Source of the DNA: Burkholderiales bacterium
Lineage (GTDB): Bacteria; Pseudomonadota; Gammaproteobacteria; Burkholderiales; SG8-41
Direction: 5' to 3'
Assembly (NCBI GenBank): GCA_030683105.1
Contig: JAUXMZ010000069.1
Location: forward strand, 11,665 to 75,664
Length of the DNA stretch: 64,000 bases
Below the pieces are notes generated by a model. That model had not been told where the DNA came from, ran no database searches, and saw only the letters and a program-made list of their open reading frames with translations. Within the stretch, counting starts at the first letter, position 1, and each line of letters starts with the position of its first letter. Shown here in pieces: positions 42,472 to 50,915 of the stretch. The translations under genes and the position numbers were made by a program.

Positions 42472-44567
42472 GCGCAAACCTGCTGGTCGAACTGTTCACC
42501 GAGGAACTGCCACCGAAAGCGCTCAAGCGTCTGGGCGAGGCGTTCGGCAATGGCATTGCCTCGGGCCTGGTCGCCCGCGGGCTGATTGCGAAAAACCCGG
42601 CAACTACCCTCTACGCCACGCCCCGCCGCCTTGCAGTACATCTTGCCGGCACGCTGGACCGCGCCCCGGATCGCGCCGAGTCCAAAAAACTGATGCCGGC
42701 GAAAGTGGCCTTCGGCGCCGATGGTCAGTCGAGCGCAGCGTTGTTAAAACGCCTGGAAAAAGAAGGTGCGAGCGCCGGGCAACTCGAGCGCCGCACCGAG
42801 GGCGGCGCCGAATACGTGTATCTGAACCAGACGATCCCGGGGCTCACGCTCGCCGCCGGCCTGCAGGCGGCCCTTGAAGAAGCGATCGCCAAGCTTCCCA
42901 TCCCCAAGGTGATGAGCTACCAGCTTGCCGATGGCGCCACCACGGTGCACTTCGTGCGCCCGGTGCACGGGCTGCTCGCACTGCATGGCGACAAGGTGGT
43001 CGATATCGCCATCCTGGGCCTGAAAGCGGGCCGCACCACCCACGGCCATCGCTTCCAGGGTGTGAAAGACATTCCAGTCGCGACCGCGGATGCGTACGAA
43101 GAGGCGCTGGCAGCGCATGGGCAGGTCATTGCCGACTTTGATGCGCGCCGCGCCGAAATCGCGCGCCAGCTCGCCGAAAAAACCGCGATGCTGAAGGCCT
43201 CGCTGGGCGCCGAGACCGGCTATGCACCGCTGCTCGATGAAGTCACTGCGCTGGTCGAATACCCGACGGTTTACATCGGCGCGTTCGAGCCGGAATTCCT
43301 GGCGGTGCCCCAGGAATGCCTGATCCTGACCATGCGCCAGAACCAGAAATATTTCCCGCTGTTCGATGCCGCGGGCAAACTGACCAACCAGTTTCTCATC
43401 GTCAGCAATATGAAGCTGGAGGACCCGAAAAACATCGTTGAAGGCAACCAGCGCGTAATCCGGCCGCGCCTGGCAGACGCGCGCTTTTTCTTCGAAACCG
43501 ACAAGAAAACCCGGCTTGCAGACCGTGTGCCGCAGCTAGGTGCCATCGTCTACCACAACAAGCTCGGCACCCAGCTTGAGCGCATCGGGCGGGTGCGGAA
43601 GCTGGCCCAGGCCATCGCGCAAAAAATCGGCGCCGACCCCGCGCTCGCCGATCGCGCGGCACTGCTCGCCAAGACCGATCTCGTTACCAACATGGTCGGC
43701 GAGTTTCCCGAGCTGCAGGGCGTCATGGGCCGCTACTATGCGCTGGCCGATGGCGAAGATGCGCGCGTGGCGGATGCCATCGAACAACACTACCGGCCGC
43801 GTTTCGCCGGCGATGCGCTGCCGGACAACGCTGTTGCCGTTGCTGTTGCGCTGGCCGACAAGCTGGAAACCCTGGCGGGCATGTTCGGCATCGGGCAGCA
43901 GCCGACCGGCGACAAGGATCCGTTTGCGTTGCGCCGCCACGCACTGGGAGTGATCCGGCTATTGATTGAAGGTAATTTATCGGTATCGCTCTTTGACCTG
44001 GTCGCCCTGGCCTTTTCCGTATTTCCTCCGAAAATGCTCGGTGCCGCCCATACTGATCTCCGAATTTTTATTTTAGAGCGCCTGCGCAGCTATCTTCGCG
44101 ACGGCGGATACAGCGCAAACGAAGTGGAATCCGTGCTGTGCCTGAACCCCATGGCTCTCAATGTGATTCCACGCCAACTCGCGGCGGTACGAGCGTTCGC
44201 TGAATTGCCCGAGGCCCAGAGCCTGGCCGCGGCGAACAAGCGCGTGGTGAATATTCTCAAACAGGCGGCAGCCAAGGGCGAATCCTTTGCCAACGCCGAG
44301 GCGGGCATGCTGCAGGAGACTTCCGAGCGCGGCCTCTTCGATGCGCTGGGAAAAACGTCCCAACAGGCCAATGTGCTGTTCAGACAAGGCGACTATACGG
44401 GCTACCTGAAGGCTTTTGCGGTGCTCAAGGCGCCGGTGGATGCCTTCTTCGACTCCGTCATGGTCATGGTCGACGATCAGAAATTACGCCAGAACCGCCT
44501 GGCGCTCCTCGCCGACCTGCGCCGGGAGATGAACCAGGTGGCCGACATCTCCAAGCTAGCAACATAG
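42468..44567 (+). CDS. glyS: Glycine--tRNA ligase beta subunit
   Basis: [34 protein letters not shown]. Confidence 0.97.
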   Translation: MSANLLVELFTEELPPKALKRLGEAFGNGIASGLVARGLIAKNPATTLYATPRRLAVHLAGTLDRAPDRAESKKLMPAKVAFGADGQSSAALLKRLEKEGASAGQLERRTEGGAEYVYLNQTIPGLTLAAGLQAALEEAIAKLPIPKVMSYQLADGATTVHFVRPVHGLLALHGDKVVDIAILGLKAGRTTHGHRFQGVKDIPVATADAYEEALAAHGQVIADFDARRAEIARQLAEKTAMLKASLGAETGYAPLLDEVTALVEYPTVYIGAFEPEFLAVPQECLILTMRQNQKYFPLFDAAGKLTNQFLIVSNMKLEDPKNIVEGNQRVIRPRLADARFFFETDKKTRLADRVPQLGAIVYHNKLGTQLERIGRVRKLAQAIAQKIGADPALADRAALLAKTDLVTNMVGEFPELQGVMGRYYALADGEDARVADAIEQHYRPRFAGDALPDNAVAVAVALADKLETLAGMFGIGQQPTGDKDPFALRRHALGVIRLLIEGNLSVSLFDLVALAFSVFPPKMLGAAHTDLRIFILERLRSYLRDGGYSANEVESVLCLNPMALNVIPRQLAAVRAFAELPEAQSLAAANKRVVNILKQAAAKGESFANAEAGMLQETSERGLFDALGKTSQQANVLFRQGDYTGYLKAFAVLKAPVDAFFDSVMVMVDDQKLRQNRLALLADLRREMNQVADISKLAT

Positions 44568-44571
44568 AAGC

Positions 44572-44712
44572 CGTGAATCGTAAATCGTGATTAGTGAATG
44601 GTATAAAACCAATGAGCCCCTTCTTCGTTTCTAGCGATTTACGATTTACCATTCATTCTTTTCAATACCCTCTTGAGGGGTACGATTTACCACTCACTAT
44701 TCACCATTCACG
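44572..44712. repeat. Inverted heptamer element (CGTGAAT / ATTCACG)
   Basis: Left cgtgaat cgtaaat cgtgatt agtgaat; right arms at 44636-44655 and 44681-44712. Confidence 0.82.
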
Positions 44713-45246
44713 ATGAAACTGATAATCCTCGACCGCGACGGTGTCATCAACCACGACAGTGCGTCCTACATCAAGAGCCCGGATGAATGGAAACCTATTC
44801 CCGGCAGTCTGGAAGCGATCGCACGGCTCAACCAGGACGGATATCACGTGGTGGTGGCCACCAACCAGTCCGGCGTGGGCCGCGGGCTGTTCGAAATGGC
44901 CACGCTCAATGCCATACATGACAAGATGCACCGTGCGGTGGGGCAGGCCGGGGGGCGCATAGACGCCGTGTTCTTCTGCCCGCACGCCAATGACGCCGGC
45001 TGCAACTGCCGCAAACCCAAACCCGGCTTGTTCAAGGAGATTGCGAGCCGCTTCAATGTCAATTTGCAGGGCGTGCCCAGTATCGGGGATTCGTCGCGCG
45101 ATCTCGAAGCTTCGGCCGCGGTCGGCGCACAGCCCATACTGGTGCTAACCGGCAAGGGGAAACAAACCCAGCGTGAGAACAGCATGCCGCCGGATACGCA
45201 GGTTTTTGCCGATCTTGCCGAGGCCGCCAAAGCCCTGATCCGATGA
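44713..45246 (+). CDS. gmhB: D-glycero-beta-D-manno-heptose 1,7-bisphosphate phosphatase
   Basis: DRDGVIN, TNQSG, CPH...CNCRKP. Confidence 0.95.
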   Translation: MKLIILDRDGVINHDSASYIKSPDEWKPIPGSLEAIARLNQDGYHVVVATNQSGVGRGLFEMATLNAIHDKMHRAVGQAGGRIDAVFFCPHANDAGCNCRKPKPGLFKEIASRFNVNLQGVPSIGDSSRDLEASAAVGAQPILVLTGKGKQTQRENSMPPDTQVFADLAEAAKALIR

Positions 45247-46001
45247 GCCCGGACATAGTGCTGAGATCCAGCCTGTTTGCTTTGTTCCAGTTCGTCAGCA
45301 CCCTGGTATTCACCGTCATTGCGCTGCTCGCCTTTCCATTCAAGCCGCTGACCCGTTACCGCATCATCTCCTACTGGGCCCGCTCCAATGTCGCGGCGGC
45401 GCGCATCCTGTGCGGCATACGCTACCGGGTAATCGGCAGCGAGCATATTCCACGCGAGCCCTGCATCATTTTGTCCAAGCATCAGTCGGCATGGGAAACC
45501 ATGGCCTACCAGGTCATTTTTCCGCCCCAGGTATGGGTGCTCAAGCGGGAACTGCTGTGGGTGCCGTTCTTTGGCTGGGGGCTGGCGATGCTCTCGCCGA
45601 TCGCCATCGATCGCGGCGCGGCCAGGCGCGCATTGAAACAGACGCTGGACCAGGGCCGCGACCGGCTCGCGCAAGGCTTCTCCATCGTGATATTTCCGGA
45701 AGGCACACGCATCCTGCCCGGCCTGCGCAGCAAGTATCATCCGGGCGGCGCCTGGCTGGCGTTGCAGACCGGAACACCGGTACTGCCGGTGGCCCACAAC
45801 GCGGGTGAATTGTGGCAGCGCAATGCTTTTCTGAAACGGCCCGGCCTGATCACGGTCAGCATCGGCGCACCGATCCTGCCGCAAGAGATGAACGTAGACG
45901 AACTCAACCAGCGGGTTGAGCAGTGGATAGAAGGCGAAATGCACCGCATCAGCACACATGGACAGCCCGATCCTGACTGTGCCCAGTGTTCCGATGAATG
46001 A
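45243..46001 (+). CDS. plsC: 1-acyl-sn-glycerol-3-phosphate acyltransferase
   Basis: KHQSAWET, IDR, FPEGTR. Confidence 0.9.
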   Translation: MSPDIVLRSSLFALFQFVSTLVFTVIALLAFPFKPLTRYRIISYWARSNVAAARILCGIRYRVIGSEHIPREPCIILSKHQSAWETMAYQVIFPPQVWVLKRELLWVPFFGWGLAMLSPIAIDRGAARRALKQTLDQGRDRLAQGFSIVIFPEGTRILPGLRSKYHPGGAWLALQTGTPVLPVAHNAGELWQRNAFLKRPGLITVSIGAPILPQEMNVDELNQRVEQWIEGEMHRISTHGQPDPDCAQCSDE

Positions 46002-46057
46002 AACCAGGTTCGACAGGCTGCTAGTGGAGTACTTCATGCTGTTTGGAACATATCTGG

Positions 46058-46205
46058 CGCGACATTTGCGAAACTCCTCCCCCTTCAAGAGGAAGATTGG
46101 GAGGGGGATGGGCGCGTACGGCGTGTATTTCCAACCCATCCCCACCCTGCCCTCCCCTTGAAGGGGAGGGAATAATGTCGCAGCAATTGCGAAGCACTAC
46201 ACTAG
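46058..46205 (+). repeat. Dispersed hairpin element, copy 1 (CCCTCCCC/GGGGAGGG family)
   Basis: Near-identical to reverse complement of 50708-50877. Confidence 0.88.
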
Positions 46206-46885
46206 GCGACACGCTGATCGACTATACGGTCAAGCGCAGCCGGCGCCGGCGCCGGATCTCCCTCACTGTGGACGAACAAGGCTTGCGCGTAGGCGCCCCC
46301 TTGCTGGCCAGCGACCACGCGATAGCCGCCATGTTGCGCCAGCATGCATCATGGGTGCTTGGGAAACTTGCCGAGTGGCAGGCACGCCGGCCGCCGCCCA
46401 GACACTGGTGCGATGGCGATACGCTGATGCTGCAGGGCCGGGTACTGCGTCTCGCTTTCGAAACCGGCCCGCAGTACATACAGTTGCATCATGACCGGAT
46501 CGCGGTCAGCCCGGGCCTGGCAGGCAACGCCGACGGCATCCGCGCCACCGTTACCGGCTGGCTGCGGCGGCAGGCCATGGCGTGCTTTTATGAACGGGTC
46601 GCGCACTTTCATCCCTTGCTTGGCGTCGCTGCGCCGCTGATCCGCCTCTCCAATGCCCGTACCCGCTGGGGTAGCTGTCATATCTATGGCCGCATCCGGC
46701 TCAACTGGCGCCTGATACAGCTGCCGCAGCATCTTATCGACTACGTGGTCGTGCACGAGCTTGCGCATCTCGTGGAAATGAATCATTCACCCCGATTCTG
46801 GGAGGCGGTTGCCCGCCTGATCCCGGATTACGGTGCGCGCAGATCAGAAATCAGGACCGAGGGTCATCGCTACCTGCTGGTCTAG
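46175..46885 (+). CDS. YgjP/DUF45 (M48-like) metal-dependent hydrolase
   Basis: RWGSC, IDYVVVHELAHL, NHSPRFW; candidate ATG lies inside the repeat. Confidence 0.88.
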   Translation: MSQQLRSTTLGDTLIDYTVKRSRRRRRISLTVDEQGLRVGAPLLASDHAIAAMLRQHASWVLGKLAEWQARRPPPRHWCDGDTLMLQGRVLRLAFETGPQYIQLHHDRIAVSPGLAGNADGIRATVTGWLRRQAMACFYERVAHFHPLLGVAAPLIRLSNARTRWGSCHIYGRIRLNWRLIQLPQHLIDYVVVHELAHLVEMNHSPRFWEAVARLIPDYGARRSEIRTEGHRYLLV

Positions 46886-47025
46886 CAGCCTGTCGAACTT
46901 GGCCCCCACTCACCGGAACAGGTAGTGTTAACGAATCGCCGTACCCGTCAAGCGTACCCGTCAAGCGGGTATTGAAAAGAAGGTATTGAAAAGAATTAAT
47001 CGACGCTTCGGCGACAGGCTGCTTA
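46882..47025. mobile_element. MITE-like element with GCAGCCTGTCG terminal inverted repeats
   Basis: ctagcagcctgtcg ... cgacaggctgctta; internal 13- and 14-bp tandem duplications; related ends at 41509, 46008, 57205. Confidence 0.6.
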
Positions 47026-47064
47026 AGAAAGGTTGTAGGTCGGCAATGCCCCCACGACACGTTA

Positions 47065-47144
47065 AGCCCGCATGCCTCGGGCGCTTGCGCACCCCCGGTG
47101 ATCGCTTTACCCCAAATCCGTGTCAGCCGTGAGACATGCGGGCT
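47065..47144. repeat. 80-bp element with AGCCCGCATG inverted ends
   Basis: agcccgcatg (47065) ... catgcgggct (47135), TAA/TAG at the borders. Confidence 0.5.
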
Positions 47145-47196
47145 AGCGGCTGTGCTAATATTTCATCCATATCATTCACTGCATTTTTCTCACACC

Positions 47197-47361
47197 ATGC
47201 GCCTGATCACGTCTTTCCTGCTCGTCGTCCTGCTTGGCGCATGCGGCTACAAGGGTCCGCTCACCCTGCCCAAGCCCGCACCCCAGGCCCAGCCGGCACC
47301 GGTCGCGCCATCGCCTCAGCCTGCTCAGAATACCGGCAAGCCGGACCCGTACGGCCAGTGA
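47197..47361 (+). CDS. Small lipoprotein (LptM/LppL-like)
   Basis: Lipobox LGAC followed by GYKGPL.LP; overlaps lysA start. Confidence 0.85.
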   Translation: MRLITSFLLVVLLGACGYKGPLTLPKPAPQAQPAPVAPSPQPAQNTGKPDPYGQ

Positions 47362-48602
47362 CGTACTTCGGCTATCAACAGGGCAGGCTGCACGCCGAAG
47401 CCGTACCGCTAGATCGCATCGCCGAGCAGCACGGCACGCCCTGCTTTGTTTATTCGCGCGCCGCGCTAAACGACGCGTGGCGCGCGTACGACGCCGCATT
47501 CAGCGGGCGTGACCACCTGCTGTGTTATGCGGTCAAGGCCAACTCCAACCTCGCCATCCTCAACCTGTTCGCGCGGCTGGGCAGCGGCTTCGACATCGTT
47601 TCGGGAGGCGAACTGCAGCGGGTGCTCGCCGCGGGCGGCGATCCGGGCAAAATCGTGTTTTCGGGCGTGGGCAAAACAGCGGATGAAATGCGCCGCGCGC
47701 TCGCCGCCGGGATTCTGTGCTTCAACGTCGAATCCGAGAGCGAATTGATCCGGCTCGACCGCATCGCGGGCGAACTGGGCAAGACCGCCCCGGTCAGCCT
47801 GCGGGTTAATCCCGACGTCGATGCCAAGACCCACCCCTACATCGCCACCGGACTCAGGCAGAACAAATTCGGCGTCTCTTACCACGAGGCGCCCGCCCTT
47901 TACCGCCGGGCGCGGGACCTCGCGCACCTCAGAATAGAGGGCATCGACTGTCACATCGGGTCACAGCTGACTGAAATCGCCCCTTTTGCGGCCGCACTGG
48001 AAAAAATTCTCGATCTGCTGGACAGGCTGCAGCAGGACGGGATAAAGATCACGCATCTTGACCTGGGCGGCGGGCTTGGAATCTGCTACCGCGACGAAAC
48101 CCCTCCGGCAATCGAGGAGTATGCGCGCGTCCTGACCGGTCTGATCGGCGCGCGTACCCAGAAACTGTTGTTCGAGCCCGGCCGCGCCCTGGTCGGCAAT
48201 GCCGGCGTACTGCTCACCCGCGTCGAATACCTGAAACACGGCGAGGAAAAGAACTTCGCAATCGTCGATGCGGCAATGAACGACCTGATGCGCCCGGCGT
48301 TGTACGATGCCTGGCATCAGGTACTCCCTGTCACTGCCACCGAAGAAGCCGGGCAAGCCTATGAGATCGTCGGTCCGGTATGCGAGAGCGGCGACTTCCT
48401 GGCGCGCGATCGCAGGCTGGCGCTGCGGGAAGGTGATCTGCTTGCCATCATGTCGGCCGGCGCCTATGGCATGAGCATGAGTTCCAACTACAACACCCGT
48501 TCGCGCGCTGCCGAAGTGATGGTCGATGCCAGTGCATCACATCTGATACGGGAACGTGAAACCATCGATGAACTGATCGCGCACGAACACCTGCTGCCTT
48601 GA
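47358..48602 (+). CDS. lysA: Diaminopimelate decarboxylase
   Basis: YAVKAN, HIGSQ, DLGGG, EPGR, GPVCESGD. Confidence 0.96.
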   Translation: MTYFGYQQGRLHAEAVPLDRIAEQHGTPCFVYSRAALNDAWRAYDAAFSGRDHLLCYAVKANSNLAILNLFARLGSGFDIVSGGELQRVLAAGGDPGKIVFSGVGKTADEMRRALAAGILCFNVESESELIRLDRIAGELGKTAPVSLRVNPDVDAKTHPYIATGLRQNKFGVSYHEAPALYRRARDLAHLRIEGIDCHIGSQLTEIAPFAAALEKILDLLDRLQQDGIKITHLDLGGGLGICYRDETPPAIEEYARVLTGLIGARTQKLLFEPGRALVGNAGVLLTRVEYLKHGEEKNFAIVDAAMNDLMRPALYDAWHQVLPVTATEEAGQAYEIVGPVCESGDFLARDRRLALREGDLLAIMSAGAYGMSMSSNYNTRSRAAEVMVDASASHLIRERETIDELIAHEHLLP

Positions 48603-48728
48603 TCGTACGGGTAGTTCCGTACTTTAAAACCGCAGCGGCCGCGTTTTTTGTGGCTTCAATCGACCTCTTTTGATGTTGCGGCAATCACACACGGAATATT
48701 CCATCGTCAAATTATCTTTACAAAGGTG

Positions 48729-48758
48729 TTGCTTTTTTTTTTCACTGTGGATTAGAAT
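48729..48758 (+). promoter_or_regulatory. Candidate sigma70 promoter for microprotein
   Basis: TTGCTT - 18 nt - TAGAAT. Confidence 0.45.
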
Positions 48759-48899
48759 TGGCGCACCAACCACAACTTTTCCGAATTCGTTCGGAAAAAC
48801 GACAAGCAGTAATGTGAGTTGTTCGAGAGTTGTGTGATGGTGGTGCGGAACAAACGCCGCACTTTAACGATGCCTAAGTTAACTTTAAGGAGACTTGTT

Positions 48900-48959
48900 A
48901 TGGCAGCGAAGAAAAAAGCAAAGAAAAAAGTAGCTAAGAAGAAAGCAGCCAAGAAGTAG
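48900..48959 (+). CDS. 19-aa Lys/Ala-rich microprotein MAAKKKAKKKVAKKKAAKK
   Basis: Strong RBS taaggag, ATG...TAG, own terminator downstream. Confidence 0.65.
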   Translation: MAAKKKAKKKVAKKKAAKK

Positions 48960-48973
48960 TTGTAGTTAGTAAG

Positions 48974-49007
48974 TAACAGGGGCCGGGAAACCGGCCCCTG
49001 TTATTTT
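48974..49007 (+). terminator. Intrinsic terminator
   Basis: taacaggggccgg-gaaa-ccggcccctgtta followed by tttt. Confidence 0.85.
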
Positions 49008-49161
49008 GTACTGCATCCTCTGTGATTTATCCGCCATCGCATCCGGCTCCGCGCGCTGTTGTCAATATCCAGTGCCAACTCCCGCAGCGCCTGCACGAAT
49101 AATAAAATTAATTAATATAATCAATGTATTGCAATGTTTCTATGGCGACCGGCGCGATGTT

Positions 49162-49232
49162 GCGTAAGCGGCAAACCGTGAGCCGTGAACAGCTGGTCTT
49201 ACGATCCACGGCTCACGGCTTACCGCTCACGC
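49162..49232. repeat. Inverted heptamer element (CGTGAGC / GCTCACG)
   Basis: gcgtaagcggcaaaccgtgagccgtga ... ccacggctcacggcttaccgctcacgc. Confidence 0.8.
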
Positions 49233-49267
49233 CTTCTAGGTACAGGTGGTAATAGAGGTACGCGATC

Positions 49268-50026
49268 TCAGGGATTGAGCTGCCGATATACCGCAGTGGC
49301 AACGCGCAGCAATTCATCTTTTGCGATCTCGGCTGAAAGCGCGTAGCCGAGTCTGCCGTCAAGCCAGTAAAACACGCCGATTTTATTTTCCCGCGCAAAG
49401 CGAAAAGCGGTCTCGCGCGCATCCTCCGCGTTGGTGCGGACATAGAGCGTGAGTCGCAGGCCTTTTGCGTCCTGGTACATGAATTGCGCGACCGGGCCGG
49501 TGTCGCCGGGTAAAAGGCGCCCGCCAACCAGGGTGTAGCCAAGCTCGCCGAGATGCGGGACCTTGAGTTGGGCGCCAAGCCGTTTCGACAGCCAGTTGAC
49601 GAGATGCGTCTCCTGGTCTGCGCCCACTTCGACCGGATGCCGCACTTCGGGGCTGTAGACGATATGCGCAATCGCCGCCCGCCGCGCAAAAGCGGCGCTG
49701 TTGGTGGACGGCGGATGCTGCATGCCGCTCAATTGCCAGCCGATCACGCCGCCCAGCGTTATCCAGGCCACTACGGCAGCATAGCGCAGCGGAAAAAAGC
49801 GCCGGCGCGCGGCCAGCGGTACCCGCAGACGCTCCGGTACGGGTTCATCGAGCACCGGATCGAACAGCCGATGCAGTTCCTCGTTCTGCCGCCGGTACGC
49901 CTGAACGCGCCCGGCTTCCTGCGGCCGTGCCGCAAGATAGGTCTCGACCTCGGCGCGACGCGCCTGAGGCAGCGCGCCATCGACGTAAGCGTGCAGGTCG
50001 GCTTCGGTAATGGTTAAATTGCTCAT
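49268..50026 (-). CDS. Transmembrane anti-sigma factor
   Basis: LHAYVDG, TM segment, HPVEV, WLSKRLG, GGRLLP; overlaps sigma stop. Confidence 0.9.
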   Translation of the reverse strand: MSNLTITEADLHAYVDGALPQARRAEVETYLAARPQEAGRVQAYRRQNEELHRLFDPVLDEPVPERLRVPLAARRRFFPLRYAAVVAWITLGGVIGWQLSGMQHPPSTNSAAFARRAAIAHIVYSPEVRHPVEVGADQETHLVNWLSKRLGAQLKVPHLGELGYTLVGGRLLPGDTGPVAQFMYQDAKGLRLTLYVRTNAEDARETAFRFARENKIGVFYWLDGRLGYALSAEIAKDELLRVATAVYRQLNP

Positions 50027-50532
50027 TTAATGACCTTCAGCGTTGTGACTTCAGGCGCTCCATCCATGATGCCGCGCAACCGCTCTCGCGCGCGCGACAA
50101 CCGCGACATGACGGTGCCGATAGGGATGCCCAGTGCCTTCGCTGTTTCCTGATACGACATCTGTTCCAGCGCAATCAGCAGCAACACTTCGCGCTGCTCG
50201 TCGGGAAGCCTGGCCAGCGCCGCATCCAGATCGCGGATTTCGAGCCGGTCGGCCTGCGCCATATGCCCGGGGAGTTCCATGATTTCGTCGTTGAGCGGCA
50301 CATCTGCCGCCACTTTGCGCCCCCGCACCTGATTGATGAACACGTTATGCATGATGGTGAAGAGCCAGGCCCGCAGGTCGCTGCCGCGCCGCCACAGATG
50401 CAGCTTGTTGCAGGCGCGCTCCAGCGTATCCTGCACCAGATCGTCCGCGGCAGTGCGCTCCCTGGTCAGCGCCCGCGCGTAGCGGCGCAACCGGGGAATA
50501 TGCGGGACGACCTGCGTGCCGAACTCTTCCAA
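50023..50532 (-). CDS. ECF RNA polymerase sigma factor
   Basis: LRRYARAL, ADDLVQDT, WLFTIMHN, GTVMSRLSRAR. Confidence 0.93.
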   Translation of the reverse strand: MEEFGTQVVPHIPRLRRYARALTRERTAADDLVQDTLERACNKLHLWRRGSDLRAWLFTIMHNVFINQVRGRKVAADVPLNDEIMELPGHMAQADRLEIRDLDAALARLPDEQREVLLLIALEQMSYQETAKALGIPIGTVMSRLSRARERLRGIMDGAPEVTTLKVIK

Positions 50533-50542
50533 TGCCGGTTCC

Positions 50543-50614
50543 TTATTGTTTGACTACGTGCCAGACGCTGTTGAAACCGTCTCCGGTTTTATCGCCGGGC
50601 TTGAATTGGATCAC
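50543..50614 (-). pseudogene. Remnant of COG4315/Lipoprotein_15-type secreted protein
   Basis: Reads (V)IQFKPGDKTGDGFNSVWHVVKQ*, resembling the recalled family C-terminus; aggag RBS upstream. Confidence 0.6.
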
Positions 50615-50661
50615 TTGCTGACTCCTGAAGTTGTAATGCAGGACATCCCTGCATCTGCGTC

Positions 50662-50687
50662 AACAGGGCACAGCGCGAGTCTATTCC
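50662..50687 (-). promoter_or_regulatory. Candidate ECF-dependent promoter
   Basis: Minus strand GGAATA - 17 nt - GTT upstream of the sigma operon. Confidence 0.45.
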
Positions 50688-50707
50688 ACGAATGTACATA
50701 TTAAGCT

Positions 50708-50877
50708 GTGTAGTGCTTCGCAATTGCTGCGCCATTATTCCCTCCCCTTCAAGGGGAGGGCAGGGTGGGGATGGGTTGGCAATACACGCCGTATGCACCC
50801 ATCCCCCTCCCAAGGGCCCCCTCGCGTGCTGCGCAGGCTCTCCCCCTTGAAGGGGGAGGAGTTTCGCAAATGTCGCG
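50708..50877 (-). repeat. Dispersed hairpin element, copy 2
   Basis: Reverse complement of 46058-46202 with an extra internal segment. Confidence 0.88.
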
Positions 50878-50915
50878 GCTAGGTAAGGTATGTCCAAACG
50901 GAATGAAACACCGCA

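Noticed and set aside
48752-48952. Minus-strand ORF MAAFFLATFFF
   Set aside because: Antisense of the Lys-rich ORF; RBS and terminator support the plus strand
50589-50897. 102-aa ORF similar to the N-terminus of ORF 46043
   Set aside because: Similarity is explained by the shared DNA repeat; not evidence of a protein family
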